Positions 42,125-53,479 are shown, counted from the stretch's first letter. The stretch: DNA of 64,000 bases from an uncultured Bacillota bacterium (GCA_963823655.1 CAWGMK010000007.1:96001-160000); one strand, 5' to 3'. The notes: a model not told the origin generated them from the sequence alone. Numbers and translations are program-made.

Positions 42125-42956
42125 ATGCAGAACACAAGGGCGAACAGGTTGATCGCCATAATATTGCCATTAATGCTCGTAGCTGTGTCTTCGGTAGTGC
42201 TGGGCAGTGCGGGCATGGATATAGCCAATGATGAGCCCCTCCTTGGTGTCACCAGGGTGGAGGCTTCGGTCGACCCCGACTGGCTCACAACAGACAGGCT
42301 CTCCTATCTGCCGACCGGCAAGAACGAGAAGTACACGCCGGGCTTCACCCTGAAAAGGTATCATGAGGGCGCGCTCTTAAGGGCGGACCTAACTACATAC
42401 AGGGTTGAGACTTTATACAAGACGAAAAAGGTGGCGGATTTATCACTGGAACAGGGAGTGACCAAGACCGTAAAAAGAGGCGAGCTCGGAGTGCTGGTCA
42501 AAACCGTTGTTGAGACCAGGATAGGACTGAAGCTTGTCTCAAGAGTGAAGCTGGCCGAAAGAAAAGTTAAAGAGCCCGTCGACCAGGTGGTCCATTACGG
42601 GACGAAACCTCCTTTAAAGAAGCTGAGCACAAAATCCGGCACGTATTACTACAGGAAGTCCTTCATGGTAACTGCGACGGCATATGAGCCGAGCGCAGTC
42701 TCCTGCGGCATATATGCGGACGGGATAACGGCTATCGGGCTGAAGGCGGGCCCCGGCATAATCGCCGTAGATCCTAGGGTGATACCCCTTAAGGAGCAAA
42801 GTGTACGTCGAAGGCTACGGCTACGCCATAGCAGGGGACGTTGGCGGCGCGATCAAGGGCAACCGCATCGACGTCTGCTTCAACACCGTAAGGGAAGCTT
42901 TGAATTTCGGGCGCAGGCGCGTCAGGATATATATACTAGAAGATGTAAAGAAGTAG
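42125..42956 (+). CDS. G5 + 3D domain cell-wall protein (YabE/Sps-like), apparent frameshift at ~42792
   Basis: G5-like segment, ATAY, IAVDP.VIPL, then in another frame SKVYVEGYG..A.D.GGAIKGNRID. Confidence 0.85.
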
Positions 42957-42982
42957 GGCGAGGCCTTGGGTGAGGTTCAGAT

Positions 42983-43789
42983 ATGCAAAAGAACCATACG
43001 GAATGGAGCCACGGGGTAAGGCTCGGGCAGAATTTCCTGAAGGACATGGCCGTGGCCAGTTCCATTGTGAGCGCTGCCACGGCATTGAAGCCGACAATAG
43101 CGGTAGAGATAGGCCCCGGAAGAGGGGCCATTACTTTTATGCTGGCCAGGCAGGTCGAAAGGCTGACTGCCATAGAGAAGGATGAGTACCTCGCCGGGAA
43201 AATGGCAAAGGAGACCGCCCCTCTGGGCAATGTGGAGATCCTGGAGGACGATGCCTTAAGGGTCGATTTCAGGGGGCTGATCGGAGGATCCGGGGAAGGC
43301 GCCGTACTTGTCGCAAACCTCCCCTACTACCTTTCCACCGCGATGCTGAGGAAGGCGTTCCAGGAGGCGGCCTTCAAGCGCATGGTGTTCATGCTGCAAC
43401 TTGAGGTGGCCCAGAAGGTCTGCGCGAAAGCCGGCGAAGAGGGATATGGGCCGATTTCGGTCGCCAGATGGGCATCCCATGACGCCGAAATCCTTTTCGA
43501 GGTCGCTTCCTCGGCGTTCGAGCCTGCACCGACCGTGAAATCTGCAGTCATAATAATAAGAAGGACCGAACAGAAGTCCGAGGTGCCTTTCGACGTGCTC
43601 ATGAAGTTCACCGATGCCGCTTTCATGGCAAGGCGTAAAAATATAAAGAACGCTTTGCTGGGAAGCATACTCAAACCGAATGCGGACGATCTTGCCAAAG
43701 CCCTTGTGGAAGCAGGGTTAACAGGCACAGAAAGGGCCGAGGAGATACCCGAGGAAAAGATGGCCAAGCTTGCATCCATGCTTATGTAA
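42983..43789 (+). CDS. rsmA: 16S rRNA dimethyladenosine transferase RsmA/KsgA
   Basis: LGQNFL, EIGPG.G, IEKD, ANLPY, MLQ.EV, P.P.V.SA. Confidence 0.95.
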   Translation: MQKNHTEWSHGVRLGQNFLKDMAVASSIVSAATALKPTIAVEIGPGRGAITFMLARQVERLTAIEKDEYLAGKMAKETAPLGNVEILEDDALRVDFRGLIGGSGEGAVLVANLPYYLSTAMLRKAFQEAAFKRMVFMLQLEVAQKVCAKAGEEGYGPISVARWASHDAEILFEVASSAFEPAPTVKSAVIIIRRTEQKSEVPFDVLMKFTDAAFMARRKNIKNALLGSILKPNADDLAKALVEAGLTGTERAEEIPEEKMAKLASMLM

Positions 43790-43896
43790 GAACCCGGTTA
43801 CCAGTATCGATATTTCAAGGTCGCGCTTCAAGGCGCGGCCTTTTCGTTTTTATACAATAAATATTCTATAATTTCAAGAAACTATGGTATTAACTA

Positions 43897-43925
43897 TTGA
43901 CTTGTGCGGAATTGGTTTGTATAAT
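43897..43925 (+). promoter_or_regulatory. SigA promoter of the amino-acid ABC transporter
   Basis: TTGACT-17 bp-TATAAT. Confidence 0.75.
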
Positions 43926-43968
43926 CATAAATACTTTACTGAATAATAATGAATCGGAGGAGTATATA

Positions 43969-44694
43969 ATGAAGAAATTGTTCGTAGTAATCGCAGTCAT
44001 ATCGGCCTTTATGCTAATCGTCGGCGGAGCCGGAGCAGCAAAGGTTCTAAAAGTTGGAAACGACCCTGCATTCCCGCCTTTTGAGATGACAACCGACAAG
44101 GGCGAGATCGTCGGGTTCGACATCGACCTGATAAAGGCAGTAGGCGCCGCGGCAGGTTATGAAGTACAGGTTATGGCAGTCGCATGGGACGGCATCATAC
44201 CTGGCCTTATCGCCGGCAATTACGATGTGATAGTATCCGCAATGACAATCACCGCGGAGCGCGCCCTTGCCGTTAACTTCTCGGATCCTTATTTCGAGGC
44301 CAGCCAGGTTATAGTCAACCTCAAGAAGGATAAGGTCATCAACACCTTGGCCGAGCTTACCGGAAAGAAGATTTCCGTCCAGATGGGCACGACAGGCGAC
44401 TTCGTTGCAAGCGATGAAGTGAAGAACGGCATCGTAAAGAGGTTCGACATCGCGACTCTTGCGGTACAGGAGCTTCTAAACGGCAACGTGGACGCGATGG
44501 TAATCGATGACCCCGTAGCCCAGGCTTTCGTAAAGCAGTTCCCCAGCCTGCAGTACGGCGCCAAGTGCACCGAGGAGCTTTACGGCTTCGCGATCGCGAA
44601 GAAGAACACGGCACTTCTCGCAGAGCTCAATGCCGCCCTTAAGAAGCTCAAGGCCGACGGAACCTACGATAAAATATTCGACAAGTGGTTCTAG
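43969..44694 (+). CDS. Polar/basic amino acid ABC transporter substrate-binding protein
   Basis: Signal peptide, FPPFE, GFDIDL, SAMTIT.ER, FSDPY, Q.GTTG, DGTYD.I..KWF. Confidence 0.93.
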   Translation: MKKLFVVIAVISAFMLIVGGAGAAKVLKVGNDPAFPPFEMTTDKGEIVGFDIDLIKAVGAAAGYEVQVMAVAWDGIIPGLIAGNYDVIVSAMTITAERALAVNFSDPYFEASQVIVNLKKDKVINTLAELTGKKISVQMGTTGDFVASDEVKNGIVKRFDIATLAVQELLNGNVDAMVIDDPVAQAFVKQFPSLQYGAKCTEELYGFAIAKKNTALLAELNAALKKLKADGTYDKIFDKWF

Positions 44695-44718
44695 AAGCTC
44701 AATCCTAGCTTAAGGCCA

Positions 44719-44755
44719 GCTGCCGGGCCATGTATTTGGTCCCGGCAGTTTTTTT
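44719..44755 (+). terminator. Hairpin with T-tract after the binding-protein gene
   Basis: CTGCCGGG...CCCGGCAG-T7. Confidence 0.7.
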
Positions 44756-44834
44756 GCCTGTTGCGCATTATTTGGCCACAATGTATTATTATTTGAACGT
44801 GGCACATTATTATTCTGAACGCACGGAGGGCTAA

Positions 44835-45495
44835 ATGCTGGACTTTTCTTTCATACCTAGAATAATGCCCAGCCTGCTCCAGGGCGCTGTCGTAACCTTG
44901 TGGCTCACGGCAGCCTCAGTAAGCGTAGGATTCCTGATAGGTTCATTCATGGGAATCATGGCATCAGGCGTTAACAAGCCCCTTAAAGATCTTATCAACC
45001 GTATATATAAACATAATCAGAGGAACCCCTCTGCTGGTCCAGATCTTCCTGGTCTACTTCGGCATTCCGCCTCTACTTGGTATCTCGATGCCTTCGAACG
45101 TCGCCGCAATTCTCGCGCTGAGCCTGAACTCCGGCGCATATGTAGGCGAGATTGTCAGAGGCGGCATCGTATCGGTAGACAAAGGGCAATATGAGGCGTC
45201 GTTTTCTTTGGGCATGAACAGGAAGTTCACCATGCTGCACGTAATCTTCCCCCAGGCCTTCAGGCGCATAGTGCCGATGCTGGGGAATGAGTTCATAGCG
45301 ATGCTAAAGGACTCGTCCCTGGTCGCGGTAATATCGATGGAGGAGCTGTTGAGGAAAGGCCAGCTTGCGGTCTCGCGTACATTCAGGCCCTTCGAGATAT
45401 ACATAGTAATAACATTCATGTACCTGATAATGACCTACGGCATATCGCTTCTTGTCAAATGGAGCGAAAGGAGGCTTACTACCGATGACAGATAA
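44835..45495 (+). CDS. Amino acid ABC transporter permease, apparent frameshift at ~44997
   Basis: G...TL N-terminus; IRGTPLLVQ and LNSGAY..EIVRGGI.SV..GQ.EA, KDSSL in the shifted frame. Confidence 0.88.
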
Positions 45496-46231
45496 CATTA
45501 TCGAAGTACGCGGCCTCCACAAGAAGTTCAAGCGCATAGACGCGCTTAAAGGCGTAGACATCGACATAGAAAAGGGCAAGGTCATGGTGTTGATAGGCCC
45601 TTCGGGATCGGGAAAGAGCACACTTCTTAGATGCATGAATCTGCTTGAAAAGCCCTCCGCCGGGGATGTGCTCTTCGAAGGCAGGAAGATAAACGAAAAG
45701 GGAGTCAATATCAACGAGGTGCGCCGGGAGATGGGCATGGTGTTCCAGAGCTTCAATCTCTTCCCTCACCTCAGAGTCATTGAGAACATCTCCCTTGCGC
45801 CCATAAAAGTAAGGGGCCTGAGCAGGGATGAGGCGCATGAGTCCGCCCGCGAGCTTCTGAAGAAGGTAGGCATTCCCGAAAAGGCCAATGACTATCCCGC
45901 CCAGCTGTCCGGCGGGCAGCAGCAGAGGGTGGCGATCGCAAGGGCGCTGGCTATGAAGCCCAAGGTGCTGCTCTTCGACGAGCCCACATCCGCGCTCGAC
46001 CCTGAGATGATTGGAGAAGTCCTGGACGTCATGAAGACGCTTGCGTTCGACGGCATGACAATGGCGATTGTCACCCATGAGATGGGCTTCGCCAGGGAAG
46101 TCGGAGACATGGTGACGTTCATGGACGAGGGGCTGATCGTTGAGCAGGCAGAGCCGGAGAAGATTTTCAGCTCGCCTGAAAATGCCAGGACAAAGGCCTT
46201 TTTGAGCAAAGTGCTCTCATCGAGAAGATAG
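45485..46231 (+). CDS. Amino acid ABC transporter ATP-binding protein (GlnQ-like)
   Basis: [33 protein letters not shown]. Confidence 0.95.
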   Translation: MTDNIIEVRGLHKKFKRIDALKGVDIDIEKGKVMVLIGPSGSGKSTLLRCMNLLEKPSAGDVLFEGRKINEKGVNINEVRREMGMVFQSFNLFPHLRVIENISLAPIKVRGLSRDEAHESARELLKKVGIPEKANDYPAQLSGGQQQRVAIARALAMKPKVLLFDEPTSALDPEMIGEVLDVMKTLAFDGMTMAIVTHEMGFAREVGDMVTFMDEGLIVEQAEPEKIFSSPENARTKAFLSKVLSSRR

Positions 46232-46314
46232 CCTCATGTAAGACGAGGCATCAGTAAGAAAGAAGATATGCTCCCTCCGGCGCGGACGCAAAGACTGTCC
46301 AGGAGGGAGCATTT

Positions 46315-47196
46315 TTATGCCTTTATGGGCTTTTCAAGTCGAAGCAGCCTGAATATCGCGGTGGCCCCGGCAGTCGGCCATATCCCGAGCAGGAAATACA
46401 GGGGAAGCAGCGTAACTGGGTAGGCTTCGGCACCCATATCCGCAAGGGCCTTAAGCCCCAGAAAACCGGCAAAACCAATGGCGAGCTTGACCGCCTGCAG
46501 CAAAATCGCCCCGCCCGCTTCGGTCCTTACATACTTGTCGTGGAAGTAGTAACCCAATGACATGCCGCCGATTATGCCAAGAAGGCCGATATAGTCCTCG
46601 CCGCTTTCGGCAATCGACGGTATGAGGGAATAGGCAAGTAACACCAGGCCGGCTATGATTAGCCCTAGGTCCTTGAGTCCGCCCTTGAAGAACCGTGCCG
46701 CCATGGAGAGCGCAAGGCCCACCAAAATTGCGGTAGCCGCCCCGCCCGCCCATCCCCATGCCACCTGAAGCGGGAAATGGACGCCCGAATACACCCTCGT
46801 GAACCCTATCAGGAGCACCAGCATGGCCGAAAAAACCCAGAACCACGCCTTGCGCAGCCGGAACGACGCCGCAGCCCAGAAAGCCATCGAATTGAACGCA
46901 TGCCCGGACGGCATGCCGCTGCCCGTGGCGGATTTCAAAAACTCCTCGCTCACTTGTATGGATGGGTCGACCTGAAATGGGCGCAACGCCCCTAACATGC
47001 CCTTGGCCACATCAGTGGCGACTCCTCCTGCCAGCACTGACATTCCGATGAAGTAGCCTGCCCTCCTGTTCATGCACCAATAGATCACAGGTACCGCTAT
47101 TAGGTAGAATTTCGTGGATCCCAACTGCGTTACATAAAACAGGACTTTGTCCAACAAAGGTGAGGCAATCGTTCTGAGGGCCAATATCAGTTCCAT
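46315..47196 (-). CDS. PAP2 family membrane phosphatase
   Basis: K-x6-RP, PSGH, TRVYSGVH motifs; multiple TM segments. Confidence 0.9.
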   Translation of the reverse strand: MELILALRTIASPLLDKVLFYVTQLGSTKFYLIAVPVIYWCMNRRAGYFIGMSVLAGGVATDVAKGMLGALRPFQVDPSIQVSEEFLKSATGSGMPSGHAFNSMAFWAAASFRLRKAWFWVFSAMLVLLIGFTRVYSGVHFPLQVAWGWAGGAATAILVGLALSMAARFFKGGLKDLGLIIAGLVLLAYSLIPSIAESGEDYIGLLGIIGGMSLGYYFHDKYVRTEAGGAILLQAVKLAIGFAGFLGLKALADMGAEAYPVTLLPLYFLLGIWPTAGATAIFRLLRLEKPIKA

Positions 47197-47409
47197 ATGC
47201 TCCTCCGCCGGTTTAATAGCTTTTCCGTTTCCTCAAAGATACTACATAGGGCCCGCGCAGAAAAGGTTTTTGAACCTTAGCATCGCTTTTTCCGGACCTT
47301 TGGGCTGCGGGTTGCGGGATCGCGGTGAAAATGGTATTGTGTATACAGAAAACAACAATGCATAAATGTGTATCTGAAAGTACAACATAGTACAATGGAG
47401 GTTTCGGTT

Positions 47410-48342
47410 TTGGTCATCTCTGTCGGAGACATAATGCTCGACATTTATATACAGGAGCCGGACAGCTTGAATCCCGACACAGACACCGAGGGGAGCACGA
47501 AGCTAATGTGGGGCGGCTCGGCTGCGAATTTCGCGGTCTGGGCATCAAGGCTGGGCCTGAATCCATACATAAACGGAAAAGTCGGCTCCGATTTCCTTGG
47601 AGATGCAGCCCTCGAAGACTTCAGAAAAGAGGGAGTAAAGGCCCTTATCGCAAGGGATGCAAACTCGGCTACCGGTACTGTCGTGGTTAAAAGCAGGGGC
47701 GCAGACGGCAGGGAGATGATTTGCGACCGGAAGGCGAACGCCAAGTTCAGCGAAGAGGACCTTCCGGCAGACAAGATATCTACAGGCCGACTGGATCCAT
47801 ATATCGGGCTATACGGTCATAGAGCAAAAGCCGCGCAAGGCGGTCGTAGCATGCATAAAAAAGGCCCTTGAGGGCAAGGCGACGGTTTCTGTGGACCCGG
47901 GATCGTGTTCGCTTATCGGAGGGCTTGGCGTCGGCCGCTTCCTTGACGCAGTCAAAGGGGCCCATGTGATACTCCCCAATCTCGAGGAGGCAAGGCTTCT
48001 GACAGGCATTGATGAAGCCCGAAAAAATGGCAGATGCATTATTGGGCCTGTTCCCGGTAGTAGTAATCAAGCTGGGGCCGCAAGGGGCCCTTTATGCCGA
48101 TAGGACGGGATCTAGTGGGGCGGGTGCCCGCGTTCGATGCAGCCGCAAAGGACGTAAACGGAGCCGGCGACGCATTCGGGGCTGCATTTGCCGCATGCTT
48201 CATTCATACGGGCGACTTGCGGAGATCCGTCGAAGCGGGATGCGAGCTGGCAGCGCTTGTAGTAGGAGCCGAAGGGGCAAGGCCTGCGGTGCCCATAGAC
48301 AGGATAATCGATAAGTATCTCTCACCAAACAGAAGGGATTAG
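47410..48342 (+). CDS. PfkB family carbohydrate kinase, three apparent frameshifts (~47779, ~48017, ~48120)
   Basis: GGSAAN, G.VG.D..G, PN.EEA, IKLGPQG and D..GAGDAF found in successive frames. Confidence 0.85.
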
Positions 48343-48345
48343 ATG

Positions 48346-50026
48346 ATGACGAAGATATATCGTGCAGCTATAACTGCTTTAATATTGCTTTTGATGCTGT
48401 CTGCCGTATCATCGGCCGCCGAAGCTGACGCGTCTGTATTGGGCTTTCCTCCGGAGGGTTGGTCGCGCGAGACGCTGCTTTGCGAATATTCCAGGCTAAC
48501 GGGCGCATTCAGCGTCGATTTGAACGGTGACGTGCTTTGCATAGCTTACTCCGACGGCGAATACGACTGGCTGAAAATCTCGGTTAAGGCCTTCAAGCTT
48601 TCCCCAAGCGGGCCGAAGCTATTGTGGCAGAAGGAAGCGTCCACTACTCAGACACACAATATAACGCCTTTGGTTTTAGCCGCGAAATCCGGCGGCTTCC
48701 ACATATTCTGGGTCGAAAGGCCCAATCAGGATGACTACAGCATTAGATACTCAAGGATAAACGTCTCCGGCGATGTTGAGATAGCTGATACGCTGCTTGA
48801 GACGGGAGCCGGCCCCATAAGAGACCTTACGGCCGCGGAAACCGGCGACGGCAGCATAGCGCTTGCATGGTCCGACTGGAGGGGGCGCACTCTTGAAGTG
48901 ATGGTAGGAAGCGTGGGCTTTGGCGATGGCTCGCCCTCACTTTCGAAAATCAATTACATGCCCAGCTTAGACGCGGAAAAGGCCATGTCGACTCCAAGGA
49001 TGGCCTATGTAGGCGAGGGGGATTACCTGGCCCTTCTCTGGGTCGAAAGCGGCTTCGAAGAGGCCAATCTGATCCTCTCATGGCTCAACGCCTCCGATTT
49101 CTCAGTCCAGGGCCTGCAAAGCTTGGGAGGGTATACGACGGCCTCGGGGGCATATCCGGCAATCACCAAAGGTGAGGGCGACGAAATCTATGTCGCATGG
49201 CCCCAGGATATAAACACGAAGTCTCTGTCGGCAACCAGGACATCGGATCATCATGCTCGCATATTTCGCCGGCAAAGAGCTCGTATGGTCCAAGAAGGTA
49301 ATCGAGATGCCGGAAAACCAGGTCTCTCCGGCCCTCGCATTCGACGGGCAGGACGCCTTTATGGCCTGGCACGATTTCAACGACAGGAGCCCCCACGTAT
49401 GGGTGGGCAAGCCCGAATCCGAGTATGGCCCGTTGAAGGTGGATTACAACCTTATGGCATCCATGAAGCCGTATGCCGGCATGGTGGGCGACAAGGCCGT
49501 TTTGGTATATGAGAGGTTCACAAGCGAAGGCCCGAGGCAAGCTTACCTTATGTCCCAGGTGAATCCCGCAAAGCCGAGCCTTCTGTATTCGCTGGGCATC
49601 GATAAATCGGCCCCTGTCAAACATCTGGCCTTCACTTTGGCCATGGCGGCTTTAAGATCGGCGTTGAGCGTGATGCTCAATATCGGCGCTCTCGCGCTAG
49701 GTATGGGCTTCCTGTGGGCTATGAAGTATATAAGATTGACCGAGAAGATGAGACAGAGGCCGGAGTTGATGGCAGCTTCGATCATCGCGTTCCTGATGCT
49801 TCTGCAGGCGACTCCTCTGTTCGTATCCCTGCCCGGCATATTCGGACCCGATTTCCACGCGATAGTATCCATAGTAGCAGGGCTTGCGGCCTTCACCCTC
49901 ATGAGGCTGGGAAGGTCGGAGTGGTGGCTGGATTCGCTGATGCAGCTGGTGTTCATGTGCATATGGCTCTTCTTCCAGCAATTTGCGCTGCTTATTCCTT
50001 CTTTGCTGAAAGCGGGGTTGTTGTAG
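48346..50026 (+). CDS. Hypothetical protein: signal peptide, beta-rich extracellular domain, C-terminal TM helices; apparent frameshift at ~49246
   Basis: ORFs 48343-49512 and 49253-50026 join by one indel; recurring xxxW-[SDE] strand units. Confidence 0.6.
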
Positions 50027-50233
50027 ATGTTGAAAATGAGCAGATTTAGCAGGGGAGTCATCTTCTTCTTCGGATCTTTGGCGGGGCTTGCGGCGGTCGT
50101 CTTCCTGTATATATTCCTTTCAGGGGGCGGCGAGTTGGGCAGCAAGTACCTGAGCGCTTACTTCCCGCTGGCTGCACTTGTCCTTCTGTTGGCGGCCGCC
50201 GCTACCAGAAGCTCGCGCCGCAGGGACGCTTAG
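50027..50233 (+). CDS. Small two-TM membrane protein
   Basis: Fills the gap between the previous gene and ispE; two hydrophobic stretches. Confidence 0.5.
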   Translation: MLKMSRFSRGVIFFFGSLAGLAAVVFLYIFLSGGGELGSKYLSAYFPLAALVLLLAAAATRSSRRRDA

Positions 50234-50236
50234 CCG

Positions 50237-51163
50237 ATGGCGCAGCTTTTGTGCAAAGCCCGGGCCAAGGTGAACCTGACCCTGGACATAATTGGCAGGC
50301 GCCCGGACGGCTATCATGACATCGAGAGCGTCATGCATACGCTGGAGCTTGGGGATACAGTCGGCATCAATATTACCGGCAGGCCGGAATGTGGATTACG
50401 GTCCGGGGGGAAATCGGGGCCCCGGAAGGCCCGGAGAACCTCGCCTTCAAGGCAGCTGCGGCTATGAGGGAGCATCTGAGGCAACAGGGGCACAAGATGG
50501 ACTGGGGAGTAGAGATAGAGCTGGTCAAGCACATCCCCTCCGAAGCAGGGCTTGCCGGAGGCAGCTCGGATGCAGCCGCGGTACTGGCCCTGATGGACGC
50601 GGCCCTTGGAAATCCTCTTGGAGAGGGACGGCTACTAGAGCTTGCAAGCCGCCTTGGCGCCGACATTCCATTCCTGCTTGAGGGCGGAATGGCGCTGGCT
50701 AGGGGAACCGGAGGGGAGCTAAGGCCGCTCGAAGGGCTGGAAGGGTACACAGTGGCCCTTGCCAAACCTGATGAGGGGCTGTCCACCGGGATTATGTACA
50801 GGGCGTGGGACGCGGCCAATGCTTCAACGGTGGCAAATGCGCAAAAAAAGGAAACGAGTTCGTCTGTACTTTTGAAGGCCCTTTCCGCAGAAGGCCCGCA
50901 CGCCGCACTGAAATGCCTGCATAACGGCTTCGAGGAACTGGCTGTCGGAATGCTTCCTTCAATAGGAAGGCTTAAGAGGATGATGTTGGACTCAGGCGCG
51001 ATTTCGGCCTCGATGTCGGGATCAGGGACTGCGGTCTTCGGGATTTTCGAGGACGAGCCCGCGGCCTGCAGGGCAATAAAGTCCGATAAATGCAGGCTTT
51101 AAAGGTATATTCACAATGGTTACCAGACTGGACGGCGATCGCGGATTGCCGATGCTTAAGTGA
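50237..51163 (+). CDS. ispE: 4-(cytidine 5'-diphospho)-2-C-methyl-D-erythritol kinase, apparent frameshifts (~50380, ~51084)
   Basis: [45 protein letters not shown]. Confidence 0.92.
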
Positions 51164-51173
51164 GGTGAGCTAG

Positions 51174-51869
51174 ATGACTGACGGCAGAATTATCCTGAAC
51201 ATGGACAACTACAAACCCCTAAGGGAGATCGTCTTCGAGGCCATGAGGGAGGCGATAGTCTCAGGCAGGCTGGCGCCGGGGGAAAGGCTTGTGGAAATCA
51301 AGCTGGCGGACGAGATGGGAGTCTCAAGGACGCCCGTCAGGGAAGCGATCAGGAAGCTGGAGCTGGAAGGCTTCGTCATCATGATGCAGAGGAAAGGCGC
51401 ATATGTGGCGGGCCTGTCCCCGAAGGAGATCAGGGATGTCTTCGAAATCAGGTCCACGCTGGAGAGCCTTGCCGCCCGCCTTGCGGCGGAGCGCATTAAC
51501 GAAATACAGCTGGAACAGCTCAAAAGACAGCTGGCCGACATCGAGGAGAAGATAAGGACGCATGAGCTGGAGGCCGTCGTCAAGTCGGACATCATCTTCC
51601 ATGACATCCTTTTCAACGCCTCGGGAAACGCAAGGCTGGTTTCTATGCTCTCCAACCTCAGGGAGCAGATCCACCGCTACAGGTCTATGTCCCTCTCATA
51701 TCCCGGGCGCATGGTAATAGCGCTGGACGAGCACCGGGCCATAGTCAAAGCCATAATCGAGCACAACTCAGAGGCGGCTGGCAGGGCCGCAATAAGGCAC
51801 ATGGAGAGCGCCGAGGCAAGCCTCATCGAGGTCATGAAGAAAGTCCACATGTCGATTAACGAGGAGTGA
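51174..51869 (+). CDS. GntR/FCD family transcriptional regulator
   Basis: GVSRTPVREA HTH; FH...SGN..L and EH..I FCD motifs. Confidence 0.93.
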   Translation: MTDGRIILNMDNYKPLREIVFEAMREAIVSGRLAPGERLVEIKLADEMGVSRTPVREAIRKLELEGFVIMMQRKGAYVAGLSPKEIRDVFEIRSTLESLAARLAAERINEIQLEQLKRQLADIEEKIRTHELEAVVKSDIIFHDILFNASGNARLVSMLSNLREQIHRYRSMSLSYPGRMVIALDEHRAIVKAIIEHNSEAAGRAAIRHMESAEASLIEVMKKVHMSINEE

Positions 51870-51873
51870 TAAC

Positions 51874-52644
51874 ATGGCCAAAATGATCGAAGCCGTGCTG
51901 CTTGCCGGCGGAGTGAACAAAGGCAAGCTTGCGGAGTGTTCGGATGCAGCATGGGAGGCCATGATAGACATCAACGGAAGGCCGATGGCCTCATATGTCG
52001 TCAAAGGCATACTAGATAGCGGCAGGGTATCGAGGGTAATAATCTCGGGCCCCGAGGAGCTGGCAGGAACGCTGTCACAGTTCGGGGAGAGGGCCAAGCT
52101 GGTCAAGCCCGGGGCAAACCTTCTTGACAGCCTTTTGAATGCCCTTGAAGCCACCGAAACCGACATGGTGGTAATCGGCACCGCCGACATTCCTTTGGTG
52201 GACGGGGCGGCTATCAGGGACATGATAGAGCTCTGCGACAAGCAGGACGCCGAAGTCTATTACGCCCTCGTTTTCAAAGAGGATTACGAGAAGGCGTATC
52301 CCGGAGGCAAACGGACGTATGTCAACCTCAAGGACGGGGTGCTGACCGGTGCGAATGTTTTCATCGCCTCTAAAGCCGCAATAATGGGCAAGAAAGAGCT
52401 GATCTCGGAGATGTATGCGAAGAGGAAGAACCCCCTTGCGATGGCGGTGGCCCTTGGCCTCGGCCCGGTAACTTTATTGAGGCTTATGACCGGCAAAGTC
52501 GCGATTTCAGAGATCGAAGCAATAGCAAGGAAATCGTTCAAGCTCGAGGGCAGGGGCGTAAGGACCCGCTATGCGTCCATCGCCATGGATGTGGACAAGC
52601 CCTCGGACCTGGAATTGGCCAGGAATAATGCCAGATGGGAATAA
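51874..52644 (+). CDS. MobA-like nucleotidyltransferase family protein
   Basis: AVLLAGG, I.GRPM, TADIP, DVDKPSDL. Confidence 0.85.
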   Translation: MAKMIEAVLLAGGVNKGKLAECSDAAWEAMIDINGRPMASYVVKGILDSGRVSRVIISGPEELAGTLSQFGERAKLVKPGANLLDSLLNALEATETDMVVIGTADIPLVDGAAIRDMIELCDKQDAEVYYALVFKEDYEKAYPGGKRTYVNLKDGVLTGANVFIASKAAIMGKKELISEMYAKRKNPLAMAVALGLGPVTLLRLMTGKVAISEIEAIARKSFKLEGRGVRTRYASIAMDVDKPSDLELARNNARWE

Positions 52645-52671
52645 CAACAGACTATTTAGGAGGAAGGTTTC

Positions 52672-53055
52672 ATGAATAAAACGGCGGTATCTACTGACAG
52701 GGGGCCAAAGGCGATAGGGCCTTACAGCCAGGCCATAAAGACTCAGGGGTTCATGTTCATCTCCGGGCAGACCCCGCTTGAGCCATCGACGGGCGAGATG
52801 GTCGGAGCCGATGTAGAGGTTCAGACTGTAAGAGTCCTGGAGAATATAAAGGGGATTTTGGAATCCCAGGGTCTCAGCCTCGCAAACGTGGTGAAAACCA
52901 CCGTGTTTCTTAAAGACATGAACGATTTTGCGGCAATGAACAGGATATATGCGGGCTATTTCCCGGAACCTGCCCCTGCGAGATCTACGATCCAGGTGGC
53001 CAGGCTTCCGAAGGATGCCTTGGTCGAAATTGAATCAATTGTTGTACTGGAGTGA
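52672..53055 (+). CDS. ridA: RidA/YabJ family enamine deaminase
   Basis: AIGPYSQA, SGQ, VVKTTVFL, PARS, LVEIE. Confidence 0.93.
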   Translation: MNKTAVSTDRGPKAIGPYSQAIKTQGFMFISGQTPLEPSTGEMVGADVEVQTVRVLENIKGILESQGLSLANVVKTTVFLKDMNDFAAMNRIYAGYFPEPAPARSTIQVARLPKDALVEIESIVVLE

Positions 53056-53107
53056 GTACAATTAACATAAGCGCAGCTTAACACCACTTACCATGAAATT
53101 GGAAGTG

Positions 53108-53134
53108 GAAGGATATATTTGGCAATTGTAGAAG
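53108..53134 (+). promoter_or_regulatory. Putative SigH-type promoter of spoVG
   Basis: GAAGGA-17 bp-GAAG, resembling the SigH pattern known upstream of spoVG. Confidence 0.4.
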
Positions 53135-53173
53135 GTAATAAATATCTACCTAGGTTTTCATCGGAGGTGCTTT

Positions 53174-53479
53174 ATGGACATCACTGACGTAAGAGTCAGA
53201 AAAGTCATCACCACTAGCCGCATGAAAGCCATCGCGACCATTACATTTGACGATTGCTTCGTAGTAAGAGACATCAAGGTCATCGATGGCCAGAACGGAT
53301 TGTTCGTTGCGATGCCCTCAAGAAAGTCGGCGGACGGCCAATTCAGGGATGTGGCGCACCCTATCAGGCAGGAATTCAGAGAGGCTATTGAAAAGAGGAT
53401 CATCGAAGTCTTCAAGGAACTAAAGGATGAAGTGCCGGAGCTGAAGGACGAAGCGCTAGAGGAGGCAGCCGGGAGCTAA
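53174..53479 (+). CDS. spoVG: SpoVG family regulator
   Basis: [33 protein letters not shown]. Confidence 0.96.
   Translation: MDITDVRVRKVITTSRMKAIATITFDDCFVVRDIKVIDGQNGLFVAMPSRKSADGQFRDVAHPIRQEFREAIEKRIIEVFKELKDEVPELKDEALEEAAGS

Noticed and set aside
40891-42231. 446-aa plus-strand ORF and similar long antisense ORFs (e.g. 35619-36488, 38031-38900, 14816-15592)
   Set aside because: Shadow frames opposite well-supported genes (glpX, ricT/yabB, metG, gyrA) with no motifs of their own
47410-51163. Pseudogene or programmed-frameshift calls for pfkB, ispE and neighbours
   Set aside because: Motifs intact, no slippery heptamers seen, ispE is normally needed for the MEP pathway; the pattern fits sequencing indels
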